Shown piece after piece: positions 39,984 through 54,807 of a DNA stretch of 64,000 nucleotides. The stretch comes from Neocallimastix sp. 'constans'. Taxonomy: Eukaryota. A program made the position numbers and the translations under genes. The notes beneath the pieces were generated by a model, which saw nothing but the letters and a program-made list of their open reading frames with translations, was not told where the DNA came from and did no database searches. Positions within the stretch are counted from its first letter, which is position 1, and each line of letters starts with the position of its first letter. The DNA lies in the NCBI GenBank assembly GCA_050613775.1, contig JBODTK010000129.1, positions 248,001 to 312,000 on the forward strand, written 5' to 3'.

Positions 39984-41257
39984 TTATAAAGTATTGACAT
40001 TGTCAAGGTATTGGCAAGCTTCTTGGACACGCTTAATCATAGTCTTTTCAGATTCACGAATCCAAGTACGTGGATCGTAGTACTTCTTGTTTGGCTTGTC
40101 TTCACCTTCTGGGTTACCAATTTGACCTTGAAGGTATCCCTTCTTGGCTTCATAGAAGTCATGAAGACCAATCCAGTAGGCCCATTGAGTATCAGTATCA
40201 ATGTTCATCTTAACAACACCGTTGGAAAGAGCGGTCTTGATTTCTTGAACGGTAGAACCGGAACCACCGTGGAAGACAAAGTTGACTGGCTTTTCTTCAG
40301 CACAACCGAGTTGCTTGCGAACGTATTCTTGGTGCTTACCAAGAATTTCTGGAGCAAGAACAACATTACCTGGCTTGTAGACACCGTGAACGTTACCGAA
40401 AGCAGCAGCAATGGTGAACATATCAGTAATTTCAGAGAAAGCCTTGTAAACATCCCAGATATCTTCTGGTTGAGTGTAAAGACTACTCTTTTCAGCGTGA
40501 GAGTTATCGACACCATCTTCTTCACCACCGGTAATACCGATTTCCATTTCTAAGAGTTGGTTCATCTTAGCCATACGCTTAAGATAACCACAGCAAATGC
40601 TAATGTTTTCTTCTTTTGGTTGTTCAGAAAGATCTAACATGTGAGAAGAGAAAAGTGGTTCACCTATTTTTTTATTTTATAAATATTTACAATTATTAAT
40701 TCACCATTTCCTTTTATTCAAACAATTTTATTTTAATTTCTATTACTTTTCATATAATTTTATTCATAAATATTATTCTTTTTTTTTTCTACACTCTATT
40801 AGTGTTTATATTAATAATTATTCATAACTACATATTAAAAATTATAAAATAAACATTTACCATGAACAGCGAAATATTCTTCATCAGCCTTAAGCATACC
40901 ATCGAACCATGGAAGAAGCTTCTTGGCACAGTGATCAGAGTGAAGAACAACTGGAATACCGTAAGCCTTAGCGACTTGACGAACGTGAAGAGCACCAGCG
41001 ACAGCACCAAGAATAGAAGCTTCTTGGTTGGCATTGGAGATACCCTTACCAGCGTAGAAAGCAGAACCACCATTGGAGAATTGAATGATGATTGGAGCCT
41101 TAATATCACGAGCAGCTTCTAAGACAGCGTTAACAGTAGATGAAGAGGTACAGTTAACAGCTGGGATAGCAAACTTATGTTCCTTAGCGTACTTGAAAAG
41201 TTTTCTAAGGTTATCGCCAGTAACAACACCTGGTGGAACAATATCGAGAAGACCCAT
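39984..41257 (-). CDS. FBA1: Fructose-bisphosphate aldolase class II; exons 41257-40861 and 40663-39984; 358 aa
   Basis: LHSDHCAKKLLPWFDG, SSHMLDLS, GNVHGVY, VFHGGSG, NIDTD motifs; the GT-AG intron 40860-40664 restores HGEPLFSSHM. Confidence 0.97.
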
Positions 41258-43324
41258 TTTATTTTTTAAAATTTAATAATTAAAATTTTATTAAAAGATT
41301 TGTGAAGAAATAAAAATTATTCGAAAATATTTCTTTTATATGACTTGAAAAAAAATTTTCACAATTCAATAATATTATATTATTAATATATTTATTATAT
41401 ATTATTGAATTAAATATTATTAAAAAGATTGGTGGCTTTTATTCATATAATACTATACACATTAAATTTTACTATTCTAGACCTTATTGATGTTTTATTT
41501 ATGATTGGTTTATATTATCAATATCTCATCAATATGATCCATCATATATTATATATATTCAATATGGTATATTCCATCCAATAATATTTAATTTAATTAA
41601 ATATTTAAAAATAATATAGTATATGGATTGTAATATAATACATAAAATTTTAAATATGATGATAATTATTATAATTAATTTTAATATATAAAAAAAAATT
41701 TTTTTTCTGTTATTTTTTAAACATACTTTTATTAATAAATAATAATAATAATAATAATAGTAAAATAATAATAATAATAATAATAGTAAAATAATAATTA
41801 TTTTATAAAATTTTTGAAATAATATAGCGTTAATATATATTTTTTACCATTATTTTTACTTCAATTTATATAATTATAGAAAAATTAAAATTCTTTATAT
41901 TCTACTTTCATTTTTTATATTCTATTTTTATGAAGTTTATGAATAAAATATTAATACATTATGAATTTTTATTAAATATCATGAAAACTAATAAATAATA
42001 CATACAATACATATAAATATAATTCTTTAATAGCATATTATTAAGATAATAAATAATAAACATGAATATTTCTTATTTTTTTTTTATTTTAGGAAAAAAA
42101 AATAATAAACAAAAATAAAAATATATTTAATATTTTATCTTTATTATTTATTATTTTATCCAAAACATCCAAATTTAACAAAATTAAAGTTTTTCATATT
42201 TAGATCTATTAAATAAATAGAAGTTCTCCTCATTATTATAATAAAAATTCTCATGAAATTATAATTAATATATTAAAACGTATACAATTATTGTATACAT
42301 TTTTAATTATTTCTTAGATTTAATAAAACTACATAAAAGCATAAGAATATTTAATTTATAATCATATTATTTATCATATATCTACATCAATTTTTTTTGA
42401 TTATTATTATAAAAATTATAAAAAATACTTGATATAATATTATAAATTTGAAATAAAAAAATTCATAATTATTTAATTAAAAATAGTAATTATTTATAAT
42501 ATTTTTCTAATTTTTTTATATTATAAATATTATTATATATATTGTTATTTTTTCATTATTTATCATTTAAAAATAATCTTTCATATTATAAGTTAAAGAT
42601 TAATTTTAATATAAAATTTTCTCCTTTTAGATATCTTTTTTTTTTTTTTCCATTTACATAAATAAATTTCAAAGAACTTAATATATCGATGAATATATTA
42701 TAATATATACGATCTGATTGTAAAAATAAAAAATTTTAATTAAAACAAAAGTTGACATTTAATTATAATACAATATTAAAATAATTTTTTAAAATTATTA
42801 AATCTATTAGAATTATATTTATAAAAAATATTAATAATTAATAATTATTATAAAAATAATATATATATTTCATAATAATAATTATGTAAATTTCTTTTAA
42901 TTAATAAGTATATTTTTTGAAATTTAATTAGCATATTTTTATTAAATATAAAAATAAACATAAAAAAAAAAAAAAAAGCTACAAATAATATTTATATCTT
43001 ATTTGTATATTTTTCATATTTGTAAAACTTTTAAATTTTATATAATATACATTTATTATATTATTCATTACTAATGTATATATAAGTATATAATAAGTTT
43101 TATACATTAGATTTTATATTTATACTATTATTTAAATAATACATAAAAAAAAAAAACGTTTTTTTTTTTTTTTTTTTTTTGATTTTTCTAAATAAGTAAA
43201 AAACATATTTAATAAATTAAATTTTATATAAAATTTTAAATTTTTGTTTATATTTAATAATAGTAATAATAATAAATAAATAACTTAGATAAATTGTATA
43301 ATTATAAAAATAAAAAGTAAAAAA

Positions 43325-43365
<41 letters not shown>

Positions 43366-43501
43366 ATGATTTTTTTATATTATCAAATATTATAATTACA
43401 TATATAGTATTTAATATCATTTGTTTTATAAAAAAAAAATAAAAATAATTTCCCATTCCTAAAATATATTTATTATTATTAATTATTAATAATTAATATA
43501 T

Positions 43502-44101
43502 TTATTCAGGAGGTTTAGCATTAACTACTGTAAAGTTTTCACCCACTATTCTTTCAACTAACTCTTTTTCTATTTAAAAATGTTAATTAAAGTAAAAATA
43601 AAATAAAATAGATATAATAAAATAAATTTTAAAAATGTTACTAATTTAAAAAGTATACTAATATAATATTATTTATTATTTACATGTAATTTATTTTAAT
43701 ATCATAATAAATAATTTCATAGATGATATCCATTAATCTAAATTATATAAATTAATTATTCAATACTATTAATATTACCTTTTTCTTTTGTTTTGTGGAA
43801 ATTCATATTAAATGCATCTTGATATTTCTTAGATTCTTGTTCATCTGATAAAAGATCTACTGTTAATTCTTTCATACGATTATTAACTTTAACATCATTT
43901 CTCTTCCTTAAAAATATATATATATAAATTATATAAATTATATTAATACTTCAAAAATATAATAAAAAAAAAAAAAAGATACATAACAATTATGATTTAA
44001 ATTTTGAATTTTACTTAAACTCAGAGAAATTATAATCAAAGTTTTCATAAGGTTTATCTTTAGTGTAATCGACAATTTTTCCACTCTATATATAAGTAAA
44101 T

Positions 44102-44135
<34 letters not shown>

Positions 44136-47100
44136 TAATAATAATAATAGTAATAAAAAAAATAAAAAAATAAAAAAAGAGTATAAAATTATTAAATTAT
44201 CATTTACATTTGAAATAAAATAAATTAATATTATTATAATTATATTATTATTATTTTATCATATTATTATTATATTTTTATTATATCTGTAACACTAACC
44301 GAAAGAATTGAATGTATTTGGACTTGTTCAGGAGGAATATATATTTTTGTATTACTGATAGCTTTTTTCTTCTATTATATTATAGTATAATTTAACATTT
44401 ATATATGTATATATATTTATTAAATAATATATTACATTTAATGATTTTTCTCTATTATTAATGATCATAATAGTTTAATATTGAATAAAATTAATATTAA
44501 AAATTGTATATATTAATAACTATTTTCTTACAGTAATATCAACATCACTTTCATTTATCTCTTCATCCTCATTTGAGCTTGATTCAGTAAATTCACTTTC
44601 ACTTTCATTATCCAATTTAGTATCTTTACTATTTTTGTTTTTACTTTTTTCATCATCAATATCCGGAGATTCTTGATCTTCAATTTCATCATCCTCACTG
44701 CTTCATTATTAATGAATATATAATTCAATCATTTGGAATTTATTAAATTAAATGTGTATAAACATAAATATTTATTTAAAAATAATTTAAGTATTATTAT
44801 TAAATATTGTAATATCATCATTATTTTTAATTAATGTAACATTATTTACTCTTCATAATTATCTTCTACTATTTTATTCATTAGCTCATTAGATTTATTT
44901 TTATCATTTTCATCATTGCTTTAAAAATAAGTTATATATAATTTAAATATATTTAAGTTTTTTTTTTTATTTAAATTAATAATAATTTTTATAATCAATT
45001 TATATATTATAAATATTTACAATGGGAATACTTCAGAACCTTTAATAATAGATGATTTTCTTCTAGATCTAGAGAATTTAAATTTTTAAAATAATTTTTC
45101 AATATTATTGTCATTTATACTTTTTTATTATTATAATAAATATTTATGATATGATATAAACTTAAGTGGGAAAAAATTACTTTATCGAATCATTACGTGA
45201 AGTATGACCAATAACAATTTTGTTTTTTTTTAAAAATATTATCTGATCTTTATTTATTTCTCTATAGAAAGTGTCTGGTCGATGCTAGTTTATTTTTAAT
45301 AAACAACGATCAATTATTAAAAAAAAAAAAAAAAAAAAAAAAACATTTCACAACTAATAATAATTAATATATTAATTAAATTATAAGGAATTCGCTATTT
45401 ACATCAATTAAGTCTATAAAATTCTTTCCTATTTTATTCTGTAATTCTAATTTAACCTTCGGGAATTTTTCTAATAAATACTTTAGATTTATATAATAAT
45501 AATTAATTTATCATTATGAAATCAATTAAATTATAATTTTTAATTATTATTAATATTATATATACTATTAATGTTTGTGCAGCATTTTTCTGGCTTTCCG
45601 GATGAGTAATGTTTGCAATTACACACAATAATCCACTAATGACTTGATTATTTATCATCTTCTCTGCTAATATATCTGACTGAACTGCTATTACACTAAA
45701 ATAATCAAAATAAAATTATATAATATTATAATATCATCATTAATTTAATTATTACTATTATCTTATTATATTATATAATTAAAGTCATTTATCATTTAAA
45801 GTAATATATGTACCCTAATAATTTCGATGCATAGGATTGTTGAATATTTATATGAAGCGTAGTATCCATACTTCCTTTAGAATTTATTAAAGAAGGATTA
45901 GAATCATCACTTTCTTGATTATCTACTGATTCATCTTTCCATTTCTTTTCCGTATCATCTTCATATTTTAAAATAAAATAATATAAATTGAAATTAAAAT
46001 TTTAATACAATAATTTAAAATATATTTTCATATATATTAAATAATCTATTTATTATCTAAATACTATTATTTCGTTTTTATTTATTTAAAGTATTGATAA
46101 TATTAATAAATACCATTGTTATCATCAATTGTATCAGTAATTATCTTCAATATTTCACATAAATATTTTATAATTACGTCTTGTAAGTTTGGTTTTTTCA
46201 TCAATTCAAGTAATATTTCATAGCCTTATACAATAATATATATTAATAAAATTTGTATAAATTAAAATTTAATATATATTATTAATATATATATAAATTG
46301 AAATGTAATATATAATGTTAATAATAATATATAAATTGAAATATAATATATATTGTTAATATTTATATATAAATTGAAATTTAAATATATATTGTTAAAA
46401 TTTATATAAATTGATAATTAATATTACTAATTAATTTTTTTTTTTTTTTTTTTTTTTTCTTTTTACCTTCATATTGAATTTGAATATATTTGCTTTTTAA
46501 TAAAGATGATACAGCTTCAACAATTGATGGATGAATAACAGGGATAGAAGGCTATTAAATTTAATTAAAACATATGTTTAATACATATAATATAAATAAT
46601 ATAAAAGAAAAAATTATCAATAAATTTAATATATTACCAATAACATTCTTAATGCTTGACTGCTCATTTGTTGTGATGATACAGTAACAGTTGGTGAAAT
46701 TAAAATTGACATTAATGATTTATATACTTGAATTAAATATTTGGGATTTCCCTATTTCAATATAGTAATATTAATAATTTTTTTTTTTTAAATATTTTTA
46801 TTAATTAATCTTTAATATTATATATAAATCTATATATGGTTTCTTCCATACCACTCCAAGTTGGTATAATAAATTTTTTGCATAATCTTGGGTAACTTCT
46901 GATTTTGATCTAGCAAGACAATCAGCAATAGCTCTTACACCTTATTATTGAAATAATGTAAATAAAAATAAGAATAATAAATTAATGAATATATTATTCT
47001 TTTTAAATTAAACTAAAAGTTGATATTTTAATACACTTTTATTCAATATTCAATATATATATACTAATTACCATAACTTTCACAAATAAATTCTTTATAT

Positions 47101-48367
47101 TGTCTTCCAGAGTTTGCAATATGACCAAGTATTTTTAATACTTCTGTTTTTTCTTCCTATCATTATATGAAATTATATAGATAATTTACAAATTATTTTA
47201 TATGATAAATTTAAAAGTAATTTAAAATATTTATTAAAAAATAAAATTTAATACAATATTATATAAATCTATATATATATATATTATTAAACTTATTACT
47301 TCTTTAACTTGTGAAATACATAATATTTCAAGAGCTGTTAATACTCCACCAATTTCTAAAAATTCTGTTAAAAATCGATGCCCACTTGTTGCTGAAATAA
47401 AAATATCAATTGCTTGAAGTAATAATAAGATATCATTTCCTAATAAATATCTAATGATTTCATATAATATAAGAATTATAAAATAATAATTGTGAAAATA
47501 TTAATGACTAATTATTAATATAATTATATATTATTTAAAAATCATTTCCATATTAAATAATTTGTAGTATATATATTATTCAATAATATCTGAAATATAT
47601 CATATAATATATATATATAAATAGTGTAAATACATATATATATAAACTAATTGTTAACATGAATATTCTAATATTTTACGTTAATCTTAACCACGCAGTT
47701 AATCTTGTTAAAAATAAACTAGCTCCATAAAATAATTCTCTTTCAAGTTGAGGTCCTGTTTTATTTTTATTATTTTTAATGAAATCCTTCAATATTCTTT
47801 GTCTAACTGTTCTATTTCCCTTTTTAACATATATTACATTGTTATATAGTTTTAAGTAGCAGATAAATATTAATAATCTTCATTTCATTATTTTTCATAT
47901 TATAAATTCAGATTATATTATTTATTTTAATAATATAATTATTATTTATACAATTAAATATTTTATACTTTATCCCAAGTACGAGAAAGTTTTAAAAAAT
48001 AATATGTTTGATTTGATTTACTTCCTGTAATATTTTGTTTAATTGGTGGTAATGATTCAACATTTTTATTTGAAAATGAATATTTCTTCAAATATGAACC
48101 ATTAATTTTAGAATCAACATTATTTTGCTGCTTCTTATTAGGTGTTCTATTTTCTAAAAAGTTTTAACAATGAAAAAATAATACTAATTAATATTTAAAT
48201 ATAATTCTTTTAATTATTATATTTTATCCTATTATAAAAAAAATAAAAAAAAAATAAAAAAAAAAATAAAAAAAAAAAGCTTTTATTAACAAAATACGTA
48301 ATCCATATAAATAATTTAATACATATTGTGTATTAATACCTTTGGATTTTGTTTTATTTTTTATCAT
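43502..48367 (-). CDS. ARMH1: Armadillo-like helical domain-containing protein 1 (C1orf228) orthologue, ~20 short exons; terminal exons less certain
   Basis: Exon translations recalled as matching ARMH1: [93 protein letters not shown]; GT-AG introns. Confidence 0.85.
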
Positions 48368-50149
48368 TCTTTAATCTATTTAATTATATTTTTTTTTAAT
48401 TATTAAAAAGTTCTATTATAACTAATTAATATTATTTCTTTAAATTACTTGTTTAATAATAAATTTTCAATATTTCTATGTAATATTATATCATCTTTTT
48501 TATATAACTTGTTTATTTCTTATTATATTTAATATTAGAATAAATGAGTTTTTCACAAAGTTGTTTAATATATTTTTTTTTTAATAATTCAATTATAAAC
48601 AAATTTTAATTTTTATATATTTTAAACTTTTAATTTAATTAAAATTTTAAATATTTTATATTAAGTAAATTTTTTTATTTGAAATTCAATTATAACTTCA
48701 CATATATTTTTTTAGAATTGAATTTTTTTAAAAAATTGTTTATTTCAAAAAAATATACAATAATTTATTTAAACAGCTATAAGTAATATTAAATATTAAT
48801 AATAAAAAAGTATTCAAATATATAATATTGTTAATATAATTATAAATTATCATTATTGATATATATTATTAAATGATTATTAGTTTATTATTAAATATTT
48901 TTTATATATTGTTTGTTAATATTTTGAAAATCATTTTTGTGTATTTATTCTTGGTAATTTTGATGTACAGATTTCTTTTTTTCAATAAATTTTCCAAAAA
49001 AAAAAAAAAAAAAAAATATATATTTATATATATATATTCATTTAAATATATTAAAATTAAACTATTGTATATTAACTTTACCATCTAATTTTTTGATTAT
49101 TAGTTTATATGTTGCACAATTAATTTACTTATTTCATTTAATTCTAACCTTTAATGAAACAATAATCTAACCTATAAACAAAAATTAACTTTTTTTAATA
49201 CATTATTTTAAAAGTATGTAATTTTTTTTATTTTTTAATAAAAATTATTTTTGCTTAATCATAATTATACAATAAATTATGTATAAATATAAATATTATA
49301 TTTAGTTTTATTAGTTACGTAGTTATTCAATTTTTTATTTTTAAAAGTACTAACCACTATTTTAATTTTTATACATAAAAATATTGCTCTCTTTGGTATG
49401 AAACTTAAATAATAAATTGGAATATATAATTTATTAATATTTAGTTATTTTTTAACAGCTTCAATTATTTTTAATTAAAAATATAATATAAAAAAAAATA
49501 AAAAAAAAAATTAGGTTAATTTTTAATTTACTAATAATGAAAAAAAAAGATATTGAATAATATGGATTTTATTCCGTTTATTATAACAATATAAAATTTT
49601 AATCTGCATAAAAAGACATGGTAAATTTTGAAATTTATTTTTTTAATTATTAGAATACTTTTTATTAATAATTAATTTTTATATCAAGTAAAACTACAAT
49701 AATAAATATAATAATAAAAATAATAATAATAATAATATTGTAATAATAAAAATAGAAAAAAAATTATGGTTTATAAGGCATAATTTTTTTTTAAAACCAT
49801 TGACCTAATTATAATGAAATGGTAAATCTAATTTATGAAAATAACAATAAAAAAAAAAATTACTAATAAATCTGAAAAAATAAATTAATAATATTATTAA
49901 TATTATTATTAGTATTAAATAAATAGAATTTGTCATATATATTAATTTAATCAATATATATAATATATTATTAACTCAATTATATAAATAAAATATTAAT
50001 AATAGTAAAAACCAATCTAATTAATTGAAAATATTATATTGTATAATATATTGCTTTATAAAGAAATAAATCATTTATTTATATTAAAAGTAATTCTATT
50101 CCATTATTAAAAAAAAAAAAAAATAAATTAAAAAAGAAAAAACTTAACT

Positions 50150-50185
<36 letters not shown>

Positions 50186-50739
50186 ATCAAAAATTAATAA
50201 AAATTTGGGTGAAGGATTAAATAAAAGGCTATGGATAATTAAGGATTGTTAATTGAAATAAGAAATAAAGTATAAAAAATTTCAATAATAATTTATCATT
50301 TATTATATATTTTCAATATATTGTAATAATTTAAAAATTTTGTAATTTAAATTTTAAATTATTAAAAAAATTTATTTAAGAAATTTAAAATCAAAATTTT
50401 TGTTTGTATTTTATTTTATTTTATTTTTTTTTTAAAAAACAATTAAAAAATTAAAACAAAATAAATATTTTCAATAATATATATTTAATTAAAATAATTA
50501 AAATATTTTTATAAACAATTTTCTTCAATAATACTAAAATAAAGTATAATTAAAGGAAATTCAAAATTAAATTTATTTTTAAATTTTCTATATAAATTTA
50601 TACAATTAAAGTATAAAAATAGAGATAAAATATTAAAATTATAAAAATTAATAAATTAATTCAAATTACAGTAATAATAAAGAACAAAGAAAAGAAAGAA
50701 AAACACTTAAAAATTTATTTTCAATTATAAAAATTTAAA

Positions 50740-53700
50740 ATGTTTTTTAAGAAAAAGGAATATCCGGTACCAGAAACACCAAAACCTTCACCATATCCAA
50801 AAGCAAATTTTTTTTCAAAAATAACATATTCATGGGAAAATCCAATTTTTTCGGTTGGTTATAAAAGACCATTAGAAAAAAATGATTTGTTTTTGTTACC
50901 TCCAAAACTTAAAGAAGATTATAATGAAGAAAGATTTTATTATCATTGGGATAAAGAAGTTGCTAAAAAAGGTGAAGCCAGTGTATTTAAAGCTTTAGTA
51001 AAAGTTTTTGGACCAAAATGGATTCCAGCTGGTATTTTTAAGTTATTATCAGATATATGTAACCTTGTTTCACCAGTTGTTTTAGAATTATTATTGGATC
51101 ATTTAGATAATAAAAAAGAGAGAGATGAAGAATCCTATAAGGGTTGGATTTATATTGCAATAATATTTGTTCTTCAAATATTAGCAACTTTATTTATTAA
51201 TTGTTATTTTAAAAATACTATGGAAGTTGGTTTATCTGTAAGAGCAACTGTTATTGGTATTATATATAGAAAGACATTAAAACTTTCAAATAAAGCAAAA
51301 CAGACTATTGGGGATGGTCAAATTATTAATCTTGTTTCTACTGATTCAGCTAGACTTCAACGTCTCTTAGGAAATTTGCATTATTTATGGAGTGGACCTT
51401 TCCAATTAATTGTTATTCTTGTTCTTCTTATTCGTTCTTTAGGTGTTTGGTCTTTAATTGGTTTTACTATATTCCTTGTTGTTATTCCACTTCAAGGTTA
51501 TATTATGAAGTTATTGGCTAAATTAAGAAAACAAACAGCAATATTAACGGATCAACGTGTTAAAAGAACTCAAGAAATTATTGGAAGTATGAGAGTTATT
51601 AAATTTTTTGGTTGGGAAAGTAGTTTCCTTTCTATTTTGAAAGATCTTCGTAAAAAGGAATTAAAACGTACAAAAAGAAGTACTATATTAGGTGCTGAGA
51701 CTTCAGCTATATTTAATGTAATTCCTTTCTTTTCATGCGCTTTAACCTTTATTGCCTATTCAGCAGCTGGTCATCGTTTAACTGCTGCAAAAGTATTCTC
51801 TTCACTTGCTTTCTTTAATATGTTACGTTTTCCATTAGCTATTTTACCAAATACTTTTAGTCAACTTACTGATGCTATAGTAGCAATGAAGCGTTTAACA
51901 AATCTTCTAAATGCAAAAGAATTAGAAAATTTACCAGAAATTGATCCTTATTCAGAATATGCTATTTCTATTCAAGATGGTCAATTTAATTGGGAAAGTG
52001 TAAAAAATGTGGATAACGATAAGAATAAAAAGAATGGTAATGATAAATCAAAAATTAATGAAAATAATAAGAATATAAAAAGTAGTGAAAACAGTTCAGC
52101 AACATTAATTAATTATAAAACAACAAATGATATCACTGAAGCTGAACTTAATATAAATGTTGAAGGAAAAGATAATATTGAAGAAGATGAAAAATCTGTG
52201 GAATCCTTTAGATTGAATGATATTAATATTCAAATTAAAAGAAATTCGTTGACTGCAATTGTTGGAGCTGTTGGTAGTGGTAAATCATCATTAATCAATT
52301 CAATTATTGGTGAAATGAAACGTGAAGGCGGTAAAATTACTCTTGGTGGTACTATTAGTTATTGTTCCCAACAAGCATGGATTCAAAATGCTACTGTAAG
52401 GGATAATATTTTATTTGGAAAGGAATATAAAGAAGAACTTTATAATAAAGTTATTGAACTCTGTTCACTTTCACATGATCTAGAAATTTTCCCAGATGGA
52501 GATATGACTGAAATTGGTGAACGTGGTATTAATTTATCTGGTGGTCAAAAACAAAGAATTAATTTAGCTAGGGCTGTATACTTTAACAGTGATATTATCC
52601 TTATGGATGATCCATTATCTGCTGTTGATGCTCATGTCAGTCGTGCCTTATTTGATAATTGTATACTTGGAGCTTTAGCTGATAAAACTCGTGTTCTTGT
52701 TACTCACCAACTTCACGTCTTACCAAGAGTTGATTATATTATTGTTATGAAGGGAGGTCGAATTGAGGAACAAGGTGAATATGATGAATTAATGCAAAAG
52801 GGTGGTGAATTTGCTCGTTTAATGCATACCTATGGTGGTATTGATGAAAGTGAAGAAGATTCTACCGAAAGATCTTCTGACAGTGAAATAGAGAATCAAA
52901 AAGCAGAAAAGAGTAAAGATTCTACGAAAACTAAAAAGCAAATTAAAAAAGAAGATGATAAGAAGAAAGGAAAAGCATTAATGACTAAGGAAGAAAGAGC
53001 TACTGGTTCAGTGGATATTAAAGTATATAAAGCTTATATTAAAGCTGCTGGTGGTATTATTTGTGCAACAACAATTATTTTATTAGTTATCATTATTCAA
53101 TTAGCTAAGCTTGCAAATGATATGTGGTTAGTTTTTTGGACTGAAGATAAATACGATATGAGTACTATGTCATATATTTTGATTTACTTAGTATGGAATA
53201 TTGTTCAAAGTTTATTAACTCTTTTCTATTCAATTTTCATGGCATACACTGGTATTAAAGCTGCCAGTAGAATTCACAGAGATGCTATAAGTCGTGTTAT
53301 TATGGCACCAATTTCTTTCTTTGATACAACACCACTTGGTAGAATTATTAATAGATTCTCTAAAGATCAAGATTCTTTAGATGGTATGCTTTTTGTTTCT
53401 ATGCAAATGTTCTTTACTAGTCTTGGTACAACTATTTCTACTTTATGTTTAATGCTTTATGCTGCACCAATATTTGGTGTTGCTCTTGTACCGCTTTTAA
53501 TTCTTTACTATTTTGTACAACAATTCTACAGAAGTACTTCTCGTGAATTAAAACGTATTGATTCTATTACCAGATCACCACTTTATGCCAACTTTTCTGA
53601 AACTATGCAAGGTTTACCAACTATTCGTGCTTACAATGAGCAAAAACGTTTCATTGAATATAACCAATTTTTAATTGATGAAAATAATCGTCCACAACAT

Positions 53701-54807
53701 TTACAAATTACTGCTCAAAGATGGTTAGGTCTTAGATTAGAAAGTATTGGTGCTTTCTTGGTTTTATTCGATGGTATTGCTGGATTATTATTAAAGAATC
53801 ATTTATCTGCTTCTCTTTTAGGTTTAAGTTTATCATATTCATTACAAGTTACTTCTAGTCTTAATGGAGTTGTTCGTCAATTTAGTGATACTGAAGTTCA
53901 TATGAATTCAGCTGAACGTCTTTTATATTATGCTAATGATATTGAAACTGAGGATCAAAAAGGTTTAAATGCTCCAAAGGATTGGCCACAAAAGGGTAAA
54001 ATTGAAATTAAGAATTTAACCATGAAGTATGCTCCACACCTTCCACCGGTTTTACATAATATTAATTTAGATATAGAATCTAACGAAAAGATTGGTGTAG
54101 TTGGTCGTACTGGTGCTGGTAAATCCAGTATTGTGATGACTCTCTTTAGATTAGTAGAACCAGAAATTGGCTCCTCTCTTAAAATTGATGATATAGCAAT
54201 TACTGATTTAAAACTTTGTGATTTACGTCAAAGAATTTCTATTATTCCACAAGATCCAATTCTTTTCTCTGGAACTATTCGTTTCAATATGGATCCATTT
54301 GATGAACATACAGATCAAGAAATTTGGGAAGCTCTTGAGAATGCAGGATTAAAACAAACCATTAGTGAATTAGAAAATAAATTAGAAGCAGAAGTTCGTG
54401 GTAATGGTGAAAACTTCAGTGTAGGTCAAAGACAATTATTATGTCTTGCTCGTGCCATGATTAGAAATAGTCGTATTTTAGTGATGGATGAAGCTACAGC
54501 TTCAGTTGATATTGAAACGGATGCTATTATTCAAAAGGCATTAAGAACCAAATTTAATGAAGTGACCGTTCTTACGATTGCACATCGTTTGAATACTATT
54601 ATTGATTATGATAAAATTTTAGTTTTAAGTAAAGGAGAAGTTTTAGAATATGATACACCCAAGAATTTACTTTTTGAAAGTAATGAAAATGGTGAAGTTG
54701 TTCCAAGTTCTAAAACAGAATTTTCTAAATTAGTTGATGAAACTGGACCAGTTAACGCTGCTTTATTACGTCAATTAGCATTAGATAAAGAAAATAGAAT
54801 AAATTAA
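50740..54807 (+). CDS. ABCC-subfamily (MRP/YOR1-like, no TMD0) ABC transporter, copy 1, intronless
   Basis: TMD-NBD-TMD-NBD layout; GAVGSGKSS, LSGGQ, ILMDD; GRTGAGKSS, FSVGQ, VMDEAT. Confidence 0.96.
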   Translation: MFFKKKEYPVPETPKPSPYPKANFFSKITYSWENPIFSVGYKRPLEKNDLFLLPPKLKEDYNEERFYYHWDKEVAKKGEASVFKALVKVFGPKWIPAGIFKLLSDICNLVSPVVLELLLDHLDNKKERDEESYKGWIYIAIIFVLQILATLFINCYFKNTMEVGLSVRATVIGIIYRKTLKLSNKAKQTIGDGQIINLVSTDSARLQRLLGNLHYLWSGPFQLIVILVLLIRSLGVWSLIGFTIFLVVIPLQGYIMKLLAKLRKQTAILTDQRVKRTQEIIGSMRVIKFFGWESSFLSILKDLRKKELKRTKRSTILGAETSAIFNVIPFFSCALTFIAYSAAGHRLTAAKVFSSLAFFNMLRFPLAILPNTFSQLTDAIVAMKRLTNLLNAKELENLPEIDPYSEYAISIQDGQFNWESVKNVDNDKNKKNGNDKSKINENNKNIKSSENSSATLINYKTTNDITEAELNINVEGKDNIEEDEKSVESFRLNDINIQIKRNSLTAIVGAVGSGKSSLINSIIGEMKREGGKITLGGTISYCSQQAWIQNATVRDNILFGKEYKEELYNKVIELCSLSHDLEIFPDGDMTEIGERGINLSGGQKQRINLARAVYFNSDIILMDDPLSAVDAHVSRALFDNCILGALADKTRVLVTHQLHVLPRVDYIIVMKGGRIEEQGEYDELMQKGGEFARLMHTYGGIDESEEDSTERSSDSEIENQKAEKSKDSTKTKKQIKKEDDKKKGKALMTKEERATGSVDIKVYKAYIKAAGGIICATTIILLVIIIQLAKLANDMWLVFWTEDKYDMSTMSYILIYLVWNIVQSLLTLFYSIFMAYTGIKAASRIHRDAISRVIMAPISFFDTTPLGRIINRFSKDQDSLDGMLFVSMQMFFTSLGTTISTLCLMLYAAPIFGVALVPLLILYYFVQQFYRSTSRELKRIDSITRSPLYANFSETMQGLPTIRAYNEQKRFIEYNQFLIDENNRPQHLQITAQRWLGLRLESIGAFLVLFDGIAGLLLKNHLSASLLGLSLSYSLQVTSSLNGVVRQFSDTEVHMNSAERLLYYANDIETEDQKGLNAPKDWPQKGKIEIKNLTMKYAPHLPPVLHNINLDIESNEKIGVVGRTGAGKSSIVMTLFRLVEPEIGSSLKIDDIAITDLKLCDLRQRISIIPQDPILFSGTIRFNMDPFDEHTDQEIWEALENAGLKQTISELENKLEAEVRGNGENFSVGQRQLLCLARAMIRNSRILVMDEATASVDIETDAIIQKALRTKFNEVTVLTIAHRLNTIIDYDKILVLSKGEVLEYDTPKNLLFESNENGEVVPSSKTEFSKLVDETGPVNAALLRQLALDKENRIN

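Noticed and set aside
40011..41276. Antisense and alternate-frame ORFs over FBA1
   Set aside because: Shadow ORFs caused by strong codon bias; no recognisable motifs.
41300..43500. Possible genes in the long AT-rich intergenic regions (also 48400-50700 and 54850-59100)
   Set aside because: Only low-complexity ORFs; no exon-like segments recognised.
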